A stretch of DNA of 64,000 nt from a virus. Shown here one piece after another: positions 30,401-39,023 of this stretch; the first letter of the stretch is position 1, and every line of letters starts with the position of its first letter. The stretch spans positions 32,001-96,000 of IMG/VR virus record IMGVR_UViG_3300005748_000015. One strand, 5' to 3'. A program made the position numbers and the translations under genes. Under the pieces are notes generated by a model, which saw only the letters and a program-made list of their open reading frames with translations, searched no databases and was not told the origin of the DNA.

Positions 30401-32070
30401 TCATATCCAAACACAAAATCTTGATCTGATATACCTTGCGGAGTAGCCTCAATTGATTTGGCAAGTTTTTCTATTTCATCCTCGACCGATCCATATTTAA
30501 ACCTATTAACATCTCTAATAGCTGACTTAAGTTTCATAAGAGTACGGGTAGATAACTGTGCCCATCTGTCTTTGTAATTGTTTTCAAAGAACCCATCAGA
30601 CCCTATAAGCAAATCTCTGTCAGGCAAATCAACGTCAACATCGGGTAAAGTACCCTTAAGAATACGTCCTAATGTTAGGAATCTTGAAAAATATAGACCG
30701 TATTTAATAGGGTCTACCTGTGTTATACCCATACAATACATGAGAAAAGAACCGCCAGCAGAACCCCTTGCAGGACCTACAACACGTCCTTGATCAGTAT
30801 AATAATTTAAAACTTTACTAATTGGAAAAAAATATGGCAGCAAATCAAGCTTGCCATTATTATGAATGACTTCTATTTCATGTCTCAGTCTTTTTACATG
30901 CTCAGGATTTTTTTCGTCAAATCTGCCGATACTTTTAATTAAATCCATTGTAGCTTTTAAATTATTGTCGTGCTCTTTTACAAGTTGATAGTCGTATTCA
31001 AGTTTAAAATCATCAAAATTACTAGCCCACTTGTAGCTATTTTCTGTTAGTGTTTGTATAAAATCTACATGGTAATGCTTACTAAAGTACACATTTACAT
31101 CGTTATTTGATCTCATATATAGTTTAGTATACATTCTACAGTCATCACCAAGCTTTAAATCTTGAACTAATTTATCGTCTTTGTTTGCAAAATATGAATA
31201 GTCATTTATAAGCAATAAAAACCCGTACTTTTTAGACAGCATGATCATAAAATCATTGTACTTTTTAAATATGTCGGTATCAATATCTTTAAAATCTTTA
31301 TGATTACAGGCAGATACAATATCTTTGTTTACATTATACCCTATTCCATTTACATATATTCTTTTGATAGATTTGTGCTTGCCATGTTTTTCAGCCACTT
31401 CTTCTAGTGATACCCTAAATGTTTTAGCGTAGCTAGTTTCTGCCATAAGCGAAGAATCAAGCGTTGCCGTTTCACCATTGACAAATGTAAATATACTAGA
31501 AGTTACCCATTTTTTATTTAACTCCATTGGCAAGATAGAACCGTATAAATTTTTGCCAAACATTTCATGGAGTTTTTTACAAATTTTTGCACCGACAACA
31601 GGCTCGTTAACAAGTAAGTTTTTAGTTACGATATCCTGTGGCCCACCTAAAGATACCGTAAATTCTTTTGTTGAAAAATCTTTTAGATCATTCCAGTTAA
31701 AAGTAGGATATTCTTGATCCAATATTTGGATTGTGTCTCTATTTTTTTCTGATATTTTTTTGACAAGAAATTGGTAAGCATTTTGTGTTTTGGCATGAAC
31801 AGTAATTGTATAGTATTTGATTTGTTCAGCTTTTGTACCTTTAATAATGTCACATTCTTTATCGACAAAATAAAGCTCACAGCCAGCAATAAATTTAAGA
31901 CCTTCCTGTTTAGCCTTACTATAGCCTTTCATGATATTGGTTAAATAACCGTTGTCGGTACAAACACAATATCCTGTATCTAGCTCTTTTGCTTTTTTAA
32001 TCATAGATTCTACTGTAGAACCAGTAAAGAAACTAGATAAATGTGTATTTGGTGATATAAAATTACGCAT
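27442..32070 (-). CDS. dnaE: DNA polymerase III alpha subunit (family C) with intein
   Basis: PHP-like N-terminus, GPARGSAGGS, PDVDVD, KYDFL, VFQL, VYQEQ, YGFNKSHA. Confidence 0.95.
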   Translation of the reverse strand: MRNFISPNTHLSSFFTGSTVESMIKKAKELDTGYCVCTDNGYLTNIMKGYSKAKQEGLKFIAGCELYFVDKECDIIKGTKAEQIKYYTITVHAKTQNAYQFLVKKISEKNRDTIQILDQEYPTFNWNDLKDFSTKEFTVSLGGPQDIVTKNLLVNEPVVGAKICKKLHEMFGKNLYGSILPMELNKKWVTSSIFTFVNGETATLDSSLMAETSYAKTFRVSLEEVAEKHGKHKSIKRIYVNGIGYNVNKDIVSACNHKDFKDIDTDIFKKYNDFMIMLSKKYGFLLLINDYSYFANKDDKLVQDLKLGDDCRMYTKLYMRSNNDVNVYFSKHYHVDFIQTLTENSYKWASNFDDFKLEYDYQLVKEHDNNLKATMDLIKSIGRFDEKNPEHVKRLRHEIEVIHNNGKLDLLPYFFPISKVLNYYTDQGRVVGPARGSAGGSFLMYCMGITQVDPIKYGLYFSRFLTLGRILKGTLPDVDVDLPDRDLLIGSDGFFENNYKDRWAQLSTRTLMKLKSAIRDVNRFKYGSVEDEIEKLAKSIEATPQGISDQDFVFGYEDSDGNHIPGLLEKDYKLLKYTKERPDEWEIVKRTLGISRQNGRHACFASGTLVDSNGKVDFIDLAPEFADNKPIKTWYSGVKDTVVVSMNNGVSIQCTPDHRFMVGDKEIEAKDLKGETVSYKPFINTSEDGEVESDMAFALGWFLNDGAYIKSDKDRFEFYFTPKKDDAAKKRIFSWLNKKGYKITSDKKRKDKYKTYNLPVEFKINQKTHSKRLPRVFWEWNLKCQRDFMCGLFSANGYCLSTRPTVAIKLTSKLLISDIAIWLNSHDINTSCSYSKPKETEHYNGVYTSKSTATLSIPHVTNKIAFENLVGFYQDYKSKRLRQIIEDAKWTIYKPNKIKCLYIEDYGKSPVWDFNEPLENVGYINGILVHNCGFVLSEKALTETIPLMKVGDNENVTQYEPSEVEAAGLNKYDFLVVKCLNDIELALKYINHRQDSDKKLESGYFNHKGGYCYIWDLPEEPEVFQMLGEGKTETVFQLNTTSVTPFVMEMKPKTIEECAVVTSLVRPGPLDFVDEKTGRNMAEEYIERVHGRSKGEIEILNRLLPETQGVFVYQEQVTKLTKEMTGWDDEKAEDVRIAVGKKKLRMIQELKPQFIEASVNNGIVDEKTATEVWGMIETFGRYGFNKSHAVAYAMIAYACAYLKHHYPLEWWAAVLSNAEEKEITEVLWPHVRGILSPPDINLSKEEMVIDYNSGTIRSKLSVLKGLGEKVANKITNGRPYKDIQDFVDKKAVGHSLTLKLIHVGVLDSLFKPDSNLMEKMQEFENAVEVYKYKDKIMKKSENEVYWDQPIDKFIQAAKEHPKTSRCKHVIKEGKIDEKYIFMNRVKDFILKKSIFPTMPIQLTDIIKKNCKTVKIINTSVSSFAISSYGKETRLINGKAYQNIKNIEYQPDSDKIIEFCVAAYVVESKEFSYKNGEKKALKLIVDVDGYLDELVVWPDYETGVLKYPDNLSKNSVVFLFMRRRMNKENYHTNIEDLIVEDIV
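29278..30264 (-). mobile_element. Intein (329 aa) with LAGLIDADG endonuclease in DnaE
   Basis: GRHA|CFASGT...TPDH...LGWFLNDG...GLFSANG...ILVHN|CGFV. Confidence 0.9.
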
Positions 32071-32288
32071 TATATACTAGATAAAATCCTTGCTTGCTTG
32101 TTTAAAGAATGTAATTTAGCTTCTATTTCTCTTATATCCATTGCTGCATCAGCAACACCGTGCCAATCTTTTTGATCAACTTTTAATAGTAAATAATCTG
32201 TCATACCACTCGCTTCTTTTTCTAATTTTTCTATATCATCAAATATATCCTGAACTATATGCAGAATATTTATTTCTTTACTATCCAT
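32070..32288 (-). CDS. Hypothetical phage protein
   Basis: DWHGVADAAMDIREIEA motif. Confidence 0.65.
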   Translation of the reverse strand: MDSKEINILHIVQDIFDDIEKLEKEASGMTDYLLLKVDQKDWHGVADAAMDIREIEAKLHSLNKQARILSSI

Positions 32289-32289
32289 A

Positions 32290-32487
32290 TTACGACACCT
32301 TTGTATTTATGTCAAAAAAATATTTTTTTAATTTTGCAGTTTTAATTTCAATAACGGAAAAGTCTTTTTTATAATACAATGCATATCTTACTTTTGCATC
32401 GCCATTTTCGTAAATATGAAAAACTCTAAGTATTTCACATCCTAAATCTGTTGTATCATTTGTATATCTGCCGCATAATTCTTGCAT
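32290..32487 (-). CDS. Hypothetical protein
   Basis: Coupled small ORF. Confidence 0.5.
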   Translation of the reverse strand: MQELCGRYTNDTTDLGCEILRVFHIYENGDAKVRYALYYKKDFSVIEIKTAKLKKYFFDINTKVS

Positions 32488-33134
32488 TACAACTCCACAA
32501 TTTTTAATAGATCATTATCTTGACCTACACTCATTAGGTTTGCTTGACTTGCTTTCTTCATAATATCACACAATCTAATGTATATTTCTTTTTGCATATG
32601 AACATCATCCTTGGCTCGGTGGGCAGTACCCTTAGGTAGCCCAAAGTATTCGATAAGACTACTAATGCTACCAACATTTCCTGGCAACATATCTAGCTCT
32701 TTAAGCCACGTAACTATTCCTGTAGTATCTAATGAGTTATGATTGATTCCACATTTTTTCATTTGACTTTCTGTAAGAAAACCTTGGATTTTCATAAAAG
32801 GAATATCAAAAGCTACAATGTTTTGCCCAAGGAATCTGTAGTGTTTTTGTTTTCTAGGAATTTTGTGGCGATTAAGCATTGCTATAAGCTTTTCACGACC
32901 TTCTGTATACGTTATTGTGTCTGGATTGTCAAGATGTTCTTCGGGATTTATATCGGTAACTTTAAAAGCTTCTTTGGTTCCGTGTATTTTACCCTCATCA
33001 TTTTTTAAATACAAATGTAGGTCTTCTAATAAATTCCAATCTTTATCCCAGATTGCAAAATAAGCTTCGTTAATGGTGTGGTTAACCATATCAAAGCCTC
33101 CTGTTTCTAGGTCAAAGCCTAAGTAATGTGCCAT
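32487..33134 (-). CDS. DEDDh 3'-5' exonuclease (DnaQ-like)
   Basis: FDLETGG, GQNIVAFDIPF, SLDT, AHRAKDD. Confidence 0.9.
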   Translation of the reverse strand: MAHYLGFDLETGGFDMVNHTINEAYFAIWDKDWNLLEDLHLYLKNDEGKIHGTKEAFKVTDINPEEHLDNPDTITYTEGREKLIAMLNRHKIPRKQKHYRFLGQNIVAFDIPFMKIQGFLTESQMKKCGINHNSLDTTGIVTWLKELDMLPGNVGSISSLIEYFGLPKGTAHRAKDDVHMQKEIYIRLCDIMKKASQANLMSVGQDNDLLKIVEL

Positions 33135-33325
33135 TATTTCACCTCGTAATCATCGTAATAAACTGGTTTTACTTCTGTTAATATTTCTATTCCTATAATC
33201 TGGCCGTCCTTATCAAAGTCTATACAAATACCATTACCCATATCTTTGGTTGTAAGTGGCTTCATTTTTTCTTTAAATTCTTTAACACTTAGATAACTGG
33301 CATAATTTCCTATTTTTAATTGCAT
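33134..33325 (-). CDS. DUF2283-like small protein
   Basis: ICIDFDKDGQIIGIEIL. Confidence 0.65.
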   Translation of the reverse strand: MQLKIGNYASYLSVKEFKEKMKPLTTKDMGNGICIDFDKDGQIIGIEILTEVKPVYYDDYEVK

Positions 33326-33342
33326 AATACCCCTATAAAAAA

Positions 33343-33431
33343 TGGTGGGGGCTTAGGTTGTACATTATTAGTCGCTAAACCGAATGCCCCATGCTACCAT
33401 ACGTTTTACGCATTTGTGTATGGATGCCCCC
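33343..33431 (-). ncRNA. Candidate 89-nt structured RNA with tRNA-like ends (GGGGGC...GCCCCC-A-CCA)
   Basis: GC-rich island; complementary ends plus CCA then T-run; internal CCATAC/GTATGG stem; promoter 8 nt upstream. Confidence 0.6.
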
Positions 33432-33439
33432 TTGTTTAT

Positions 33440-33450
33440 ATAGTATCATA
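33440..33450 (-). promoter_or_regulatory. Extended -10 promoter TATGATACTAT (with -35 TTGAGG at 17 nt)
   Basis: Repeated motif, placed to start transcription at the candidate RNA. Confidence 0.6.
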
Positions 33451-33480
33451 TAAAGAAAGCGACCTCAAGTAAAAGGTCGC
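33451..33480 (-). terminator. Rho-independent terminator
   Basis: GCGACCT-8nt-AGGTCGC perfect 7-bp stem followed by TTTCTTT on the minus strand. Confidence 0.75.
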
Positions 33481-33513
33481 CAAAAGAGATAAAATGTTTA
33501 ATTTATTTTTTAG

Positions 33514-33723
33514 CTAAACGCCAAGATTATTTTTTAATTTTTGAATTGCTGACTGATAAGTTTCTTCAACCTCTTCCTCAGTCATATTAAGAACTTTGGC
33601 AATTGTATGAATTTCAACGCCTTCAGGATATTTTTCTATAAGTTTGGATAGACTATTTTTGAATTTTGGGTAATCTATAAAATCTTCGTCATTTAATATT
33701 TTATGCTTTTTTTCGTTTTTCAT
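33514..33723 (-). CDS. Stand-alone sigma-70 region 4-like HTH protein
   Basis: GVEIHTIAKVLNMTEEEVEETYQSAIQKLKNNL; likely start MKNEKK with SD GGAG. Confidence 0.6.
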   Translation of the reverse strand: MKNEKKHKILNDEDFIDYPKFKNSLSKLIEKYPEGVEIHTIAKVLNMTEEEVEETYQSAIQKLKNNLGV

Positions 33724-34117
33724 GTGGAAACTCCAATACATTATTTTCAAATTGTAATCTATAAGCCCTTTCAAATCTTTCCATTTCTTCTTTGTGAAAC
33801 ATTTCTTTTCTTATTAGCATTTGCTCAAGTGGCTGAACTTTTTGCCTGTAATATTTTACTCTAGTTTCAACTAATTTTTTTTGCTGTTTTATTTTTTTAA
33901 ATTCATTTAAAGAAACAGCGGCTTTTGTGTTATGTAAAAAATCTATATTCTCTTCTATTTTTTTTAACATTATTTTATTATATTCAAGTTCGTTTTTAAA
34001 CCGTTCAAGGTCCTTGGAGATCATACAAAGTTCCAGCTCCATTCCTAAAATTTTACTTCTTAACTGTTTAACTTCCCTCGTTTCCTTCACCCTCGTCAAT
34101 CCTTCTTCTAAAGCCAC
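33701..34117 (-). CDS. Coiled-coil hypothetical protein
   Basis: Heptad-rich; start uncertain. Confidence 0.55.
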   Translation of the reverse strand: MALEEGLTRVKETREVKQLRSKILGMELELCMISKDLERFKNELEYNKIMLKKIEENIDFLHNTKAAVSLNEFKKIKQQKKLVETRVKYYRQKVQPLEQMLIRKEMFHKEEMERFERAYRLQFENNVLEFPHEKRKKA

Positions 34118-34502
34118 ACTTACAACTTAAAACTTTACTTTTTGTAAAGTTCATTACTGCATAACCTTCACCTTTGATAGTATCACATTCAGGACATTTT
34201 TTTAATATAATATTCTTGTTTTGTTCCATTTCTTGTTTTTTTCTACCTCTTTCGGTTTCTTTATATTTAAAACTATCTACCAATTCTATAATGTCTTCTA
34301 CTTTTTCATTCGACAATTTTTCATTAATATACTGGCAACTTTTATCAAAGGCTCTTTGTAAACTTGCCAAGTCTTGTTCTAATTTTTTAACTTTGTTTTT
34401 TTCTCTCTTTAAATCCGATTTAAGTTTTTTATTTGCATCTTTTATTCTTCCTTCACGATCTTCTGGATATACCATTTTCAACTTTCGGTTATTCTTTGCC
34501 AC
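34068..34502 (-). CDS. Coiled-coil protein with C-terminal zinc ribbon
   Basis: CPEC...CKCG; SD AAGGAG, GTG start. Confidence 0.65.
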   Translation of the reverse strand: MAKNNRKLKMVYPEDREGRIKDANKKLKSDLKREKNKVKKLEQDLASLQRAFDKSCQYINEKLSNEKVEDIIELVDSFKYKETERGRKKQEMEQNKNIILKKCPECDTIKGEGYAVMNFTKSKVLSCKCGFRRRIDEGEGNEGS

Positions 34503-34528
34503 GAACTCTCCTTGTGTAGAGTTTATAG

Positions 34529-34539
34529 TTTAAAGATTA
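34529..34539 (-). promoter_or_regulatory. Candidate phage-sigma (late) promoter TAATCTTTAAA
   Basis: Identical 11-mer at 59474-59484; both ~26 nt before a start codon. Confidence 0.4.
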
Positions 34540-34578
34540 CTTCTAAAGAATATTAACTAAATAATTAGAATTACTAGC

Positions 34579-35751
34579 CTATTCGAGCAGTATATTAAAA
34601 CTTCGATACATTTTATAGCGTCTATTTTGAGAATTTACAAAACTATTAAGCGTTTGCGATGCCTCTCCATTAAACCCTAAAACAGAAGCAAAACTATCAT
34701 TTCCAGTTAAACATCCGTTTATTTGTATCCTTCCGTTTTTAAAGCTTGTAGGCTCATGAAAGTGACCGCCCCTCATGTAATCAATCAAAGTGTCTAATTG
34801 ATGAGCACGTTTTGTCATGTGAGCTTCTAAGGCTTTTCTATCAGGACTTTTGCAATTATCATAGTGTTCATACAAAACATTGTTTCCATAAATATCTATA
34901 ATAGCCCAAGGCTCTTTAGGTATTACAAACTCAATGTTTTTTAAACCAGCTACTTCTGCAAAATCTTTTATGGCGTTATATATAACGTATGTAAAATTTT
35001 CTTCACCTGGATCATGCATAGTTCTTTGTGTTCCATCTCTATCGTGATTACCAGTTACACCTACAACTCTCATAGGAATACCTAGTTTATTAATCGGAAC
35101 AATTACTTTTGAAAACAAAGTTTTTAAAGCTTCATGAATTTGTTTTGCATTTCCAAACTCACATCCTTTAGCAGATTCCAAAACATGCATAGAATAGTTT
35201 TCTATAATATCGCCTAAAAAAGCCACGACTATTTCATCAATATTATATTCTTTACTATCTCTTTCAATTTCACTTATAGTAGCATGAACAACTTCGTCTA
35301 GTCTTTCTTTTAATATTTCTAAATTAAAACTACCCGTTAACTTGCCAAAATGAATATCTGACAACAGCAACTCTTTTGTCATACCCTTCTTTCTTTTGCT
35401 TTTTTTGGCTTTTTTACCGCTTGCTATTTTTATTTTGTTTATTTCTTTAGCGGCAGACTTTACGGAATCTAATATGTCGTCCCAATCATTCCACGCTTGA
35501 AGTATTGTTCTATTCTCTTTTGAAGTATAAGAGTTAGATTTTTTTGTTCTAGCAATATCTTTTAACTTTTTAATATGATAATCATCACTATCAAAAGAGT
35601 TTTTGTACTTGTGATAAGCTTGTTTTATTTCTAACTCATCCAATTCAACCCCAAACTTTTTAGCAAATTTGCCAGCTATTTCATCAAACGCACGTTTACT
35701 TATTTGTTTTTGATGTAATATAAAAGCTATTTGTTCATCTGTAAATTTCAT
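34579..35751 (-). CDS. Calcineurin-like metallophosphoesterase with N-terminal HTH-like region
   Basis: LSDIHFG, LGDIIE, GNHDR, GGHFH. Confidence 0.85.
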   Translation of the reverse strand: MKFTDEQIAFILHQKQISKRAFDEIAGKFAKKFGVELDELEIKQAYHKYKNSFDSDDYHIKKLKDIARTKKSNSYTSKENRTILQAWNDWDDILDSVKSAAKEINKIKIASGKKAKKSKRKKGMTKELLLSDIHFGKLTGSFNLEILKERLDEVVHATISEIERDSKEYNIDEIVVAFLGDIIENYSMHVLESAKGCEFGNAKQIHEALKTLFSKVIVPINKLGIPMRVVGVTGNHDRDGTQRTMHDPGEENFTYVIYNAIKDFAEVAGLKNIEFVIPKEPWAIIDIYGNNVLYEHYDNCKSPDRKALEAHMTKRAHQLDTLIDYMRGGHFHEPTSFKNGRIQINGCLTGNDSFASVLGFNGEASQTLNSFVNSQNRRYKMYRSFNILLE

Positions 35752-35760
35752 ACAAATCCC

Positions 35761-36384
35761 CTACTCTTCTTGAGCGACTTGCTCTTCTTGAATATCAGCG
35801 TTTGCTGTTACCAATTCTTGTTCTTCAACTTGCTCATCTTCAACAGTTTGTTCTGCTTGCTCTGCCCCAAGCTCATTAATGGTAACATTATAAATTTCCA
35901 TTATTTCAAGATCAAGCTTGTCTTCTTCGCCTTTGATTAATTCTCCAACTTTTTTACCTATAAATTTGTTTTGTAGCTCTTCAACTAGTCTTGAAGTTAA
36001 AAATTGAATTCTAGGATTTTCAACGGTACCATTTTTATTAAGCTCACGAGCTACAACTAAAGAATTATCTGTAACTTCTTCAGCTGCTGTAATTTGTTTT
36101 GCATTTACCAAATCGTCAACTCTATCTTTTAAGGCTTGCTCTTTTAACATTACAACTTTTTCATTGATGTTATTGTTTGAAAGCGATTTACCTTCATTTG
36201 ACAATGCAATTACTGACTCTAGTTTTTCATGCAATAATTGTAATGCATCTTTTAAGATATCATTTTCTCTTGACAAATTGAAAACAATCATCTCAAGCTC
36301 TCCAACTCTTCTTTGTGTAGGAACTAGTGCCGATTCAATTGCCGATAGTCTTTCACTTGCCTTAACTTTTTTTGATTCACTCAT
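35761..36384 (-). CDS. Coiled-coil protein with possible FKBP/GreA-C-like domain
   Basis: LQNKFIGKKVGE...LEIMEIY; acidic tail. Confidence 0.45.
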   Translation of the reverse strand: MSESKKVKASERLSAIESALVPTQRRVGELEMIVFNLSRENDILKDALQLLHEKLESVIALSNEGKSLSNNNINEKVVMLKEQALKDRVDDLVNAKQITAAEEVTDNSLVVARELNKNGTVENPRIQFLTSRLVEELQNKFIGKKVGELIKGEEDKLDLEIMEIYNVTINELGAEQAEQTVEDEQVEEQELVTANADIQEEQVAQEE

Positions 36385-36387
36385 TTA

Positions 36388-37245
36388 TTACCCCTTTTGT
36401 TGTGCTTTTTGCAAAGCAGCCATTTTCATTATTCTTCCAAAGTCACTCATTTTTGTATCTTGCATTGCTACCTTTTGTGAATAGTAGCTATTTACTGCGT
36501 CTTGATTTATGTTTGTTTTAGGAACAGGCCTTCTATGTCTTTGTGCAACAATCTCATTTGCCTCTTCTAAACTTTTACCCTTAAACCTATCCATAAATCC
36601 AATTTCTTCATTGTCAGATTTTTGAATATCAACATCCGGTTTGCTTATTTGTTGTACAGGTCTTTTTTTCTTTATTTTTTTTGTCTGTTTTTTTACATTT
36701 TTTGTTGCTTGTTTTTTCTGACCACCCAATGAATTCAACCTTTTAGTCGGTTCTTGTTTTTTTACTGTATTCAATTCATTTTTAACAGGCTCTGAATTGG
36801 AAGTGCTATCTGTCATACCCTTAGACATTTTACTAGCAACTTTCTTTAGTACCTGAATTTCAAGCTTACTAAAGTCGGACTGTATTGTTACTGGTTGTGC
36901 TTCTTTTTTAGCTCTCATACCGAGCATTTCTTCTAGTTTTTCAAGAATAAAATCTTTAAGTTGTTTTTGCACGTTTGCAATTGCTGTAGGATCAGCATCA
37001 ACGCCTTCAAATAAATTATGATTTATAAGCATATTGTAAAGTCTACCCTGTTCCAATCTAACATGGGCTTCATTAACAGTATCGATTTCTTCTTCATCAT
37101 CGTCATACTCTTCAATAAAGTCTTCGTAGAACTCTTCGTCATAATCGTAACTAATATTATTTTCAATAGCTTCCTGTTTGTCACGTAGCTCTTGTTCGCT
37201 TGGATATTCTCTATCCCACATTCCCATTTCTAAATCATTACTCAT
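36388..37245 (-). CDS. Hypothetical protein
   Basis: Acidic N-terminus, Lys-rich linker. Confidence 0.7.
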   Translation of the reverse strand: MSNDLEMGMWDREYPSEQELRDKQEAIENNISYDYDEEFYEDFIEEYDDDEEEIDTVNEAHVRLEQGRLYNMLINHNLFEGVDADPTAIANVQKQLKDFILEKLEEMLGMRAKKEAQPVTIQSDFSKLEIQVLKKVASKMSKGMTDSTSNSEPVKNELNTVKKQEPTKRLNSLGGQKKQATKNVKKQTKKIKKKRPVQQISKPDVDIQKSDNEEIGFMDRFKGKSLEEANEIVAQRHRRPVPKTNINQDAVNSYYSQKVAMQDTKMSDFGRIMKMAALQKAQQKG

Positions 37246-37267
37246 ATATTACCCCATGTTTATTAAT

Positions 37268-37278
37268 ATAATATCACA
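37268..37278 (-). promoter_or_regulatory. Extended -10 promoter TGTGATATTAT
   Basis: Repeated motif. Confidence 0.6.
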
Positions 37279-37280
37279 CA

Positions 37281-39023
37281 CTATCCTTCGCAGGATGCAC
37301 ATCCATCATCTCTACTGGCTACATCAGCTTGAATACCAGCTTTTGATCTACAGTAATAAAGTGTTTTTACTCCATTTTTCCAAGCCTCAATGTGTACACT
37401 ATTAAAATAGCTAGGCTTTACATCTACTGGAAAAAACAAGTTCAAACTTTGAGATTGACATATAAACTTTTGTCTTTGAGCCGCTTGTTGTACAATACTC
37501 ATTTGATTAATCTCATAAGCTGTTTTAAATATGTTTTTTTCTTCATCAGATAAGAAGGCCAGATGTTGAACTGATCCGTGTTTTCTAGCAATGTCTTTCC
37601 AAATTTTTTCATCATTCTTTCCATGCTTATCTAATAATATCATAAGATGTGGATTTTTTCTAATAAAAGTTCCCTTGGCTGTTTTGTCTACATAAGCATT
37701 GGCAATTATAGGCTCAATTCCTGCCGAAACATCACCTGATATTATAGAGTTAGATCGTGTTGGAGCAATAGCTGTAAGATGTGAGTTAAACATTCCTGTG
37801 CCCTCACACCATTCAGGTTCCCCAAATTCATAAGCCATTGACTTAGATTGTTTTACAGCTTCTTTGTTTATATACTTAAATATTTCAGCATTTAACATCA
37901 TTGTTTGAAATCCTTCAAATGCCATATTTTTAGATTGTAAAAGTGTATGCCAACCTAATACACCAATACCGATGGCACGACCTTTTTTGGCATGTCTAAC
38001 AACTTTTTCTAATCCAGATATTTGAGAGCCTTTATCAATAAACTCGTCTAATACAGCGTTTAAAAACAACGTAGCTACTGCTGGTATCGAATACCCTCTA
38101 ATGTTGGTATTTCTCCATTCGTCCCATCGTGATAAATTTAACGAAGCCAAGCAACAAATAAAACTATGATCATCGTCTGTATAAAGCGTGATCTCACTAC
38201 AAATATTTGTCATGTCAATTTTAAGATCGTTTTTTTTGTAAGCTTCTGGATTGTTGTTATTTACATTATCTTTATACATAATGTAAGGCTCACCTGTTTC
38301 CATACGAGATTTCATAAGTTCAGCCCATTTAGCTCTAGCTTTGTAGTCACCGTCTAATACTTTTTCCATAAAATTATTATCAATAACAGTACAGTGGTGT
38401 AAGTTTTGACACTGACGATTTACATCGCCTTCTGGCCTTCTCATTCTTACAAACTCATGCCAATCACCATGTTCAATGTTTAGATTAGCAGATGCTGCTC
38501 CACGCCTAGTAGAGCCTTGAGATATACCGATAACCGTTGAGTCGTATATTTTCATAAAAGGAATGATACCTTCTGAACTACCATTCTCACCATTTTTAAT
38601 TAAAGAACCTCTTGGGCGAACTCTTTGTAAGTTTATACCTACTCCACCACCACCTTTGGTTAGTAAGGCAAGCTCTGTAGCGCACCCCATAATACTCTGT
38701 ATAGAGTCTCCTACGTCATTTCCATAACAAGATATAGGTAACCCCCTATCAAGGCCTAGATTAGACAGTACAGGGCTTGCAGGGCATAACCAATTGTTCC
38801 ACATGGCCTGAAAAAACATGCCAGATAAATGATGATAAGACATATGAAAGTTACGATCTTTCAAGTACTTAGCTGCACTTTTGGCTACACGCTCGTACAT
38901 TTTACGAGGCGTTTCGCCTTTAAGTCTGTAACCTCTTGAAATTGTTATATACCCTGCTTTCGTGTACCACTCCGGTGCCTCCCCTTTCTTTTTCAATTCA
39001 TTTAACTCTTTTTCGTAATCCAC
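37281..39023 (-). CDS. nrdA: Ribonucleotide reductase class I alpha subunit
   Basis: PASPVLSN, PISCY, TRRGA, TNICSEI, AIAPT, TLYY, C-terminal CASCEG. Confidence 0.95.
   Translation of the reverse strand: MDYEKELNELKKKGEAPEWYTKAGYITISRGYRLKGETPRKMYERVAKSAAKYLKDRNFHMSYHHLSGMFFQAMWNNWLCPASPVLSNLGLDRGLPISCYGNDVGDSIQSIMGCATELALLTKGGGGVGINLQRVRPRGSLIKNGENGSSEGIIPFMKIYDSTVIGISQGSTRRGAASANLNIEHGDWHEFVRMRRPEGDVNRQCQNLHHCTVIDNNFMEKVLDGDYKARAKWAELMKSRMETGEPYIMYKDNVNNNNPEAYKKNDLKIDMTNICSEITLYTDDDHSFICCLASLNLSRWDEWRNTNIRGYSIPAVATLFLNAVLDEFIDKGSQISGLEKVVRHAKKGRAIGIGVLGWHTLLQSKNMAFEGFQTMMLNAEIFKYINKEAVKQSKSMAYEFGEPEWCEGTGMFNSHLTAIAPTRSNSIISGDVSAGIEPIIANAYVDKTAKGTFIRKNPHLMILLDKHGKNDEKIWKDIARKHGSVQHLAFLSDEEKNIFKTAYEINQMSIVQQAAQRQKFICQSQSLNLFFPVDVKPSYFNSVHIEAWKNGVKTLYYCRSKAGIQADVASRDDGCASCEG

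Noticed and set aside
33343-33431. Canonical tRNA, tmRNA or SRP 4.5S RNA
   Set aside because: No TTCRA T-arm next to the acceptor stem, no 7-nt anticodon loop, no G3-U70 pair, too short for tmRNA and no SRP domain-IV motif; kept only as an unclassified RNA candidate.
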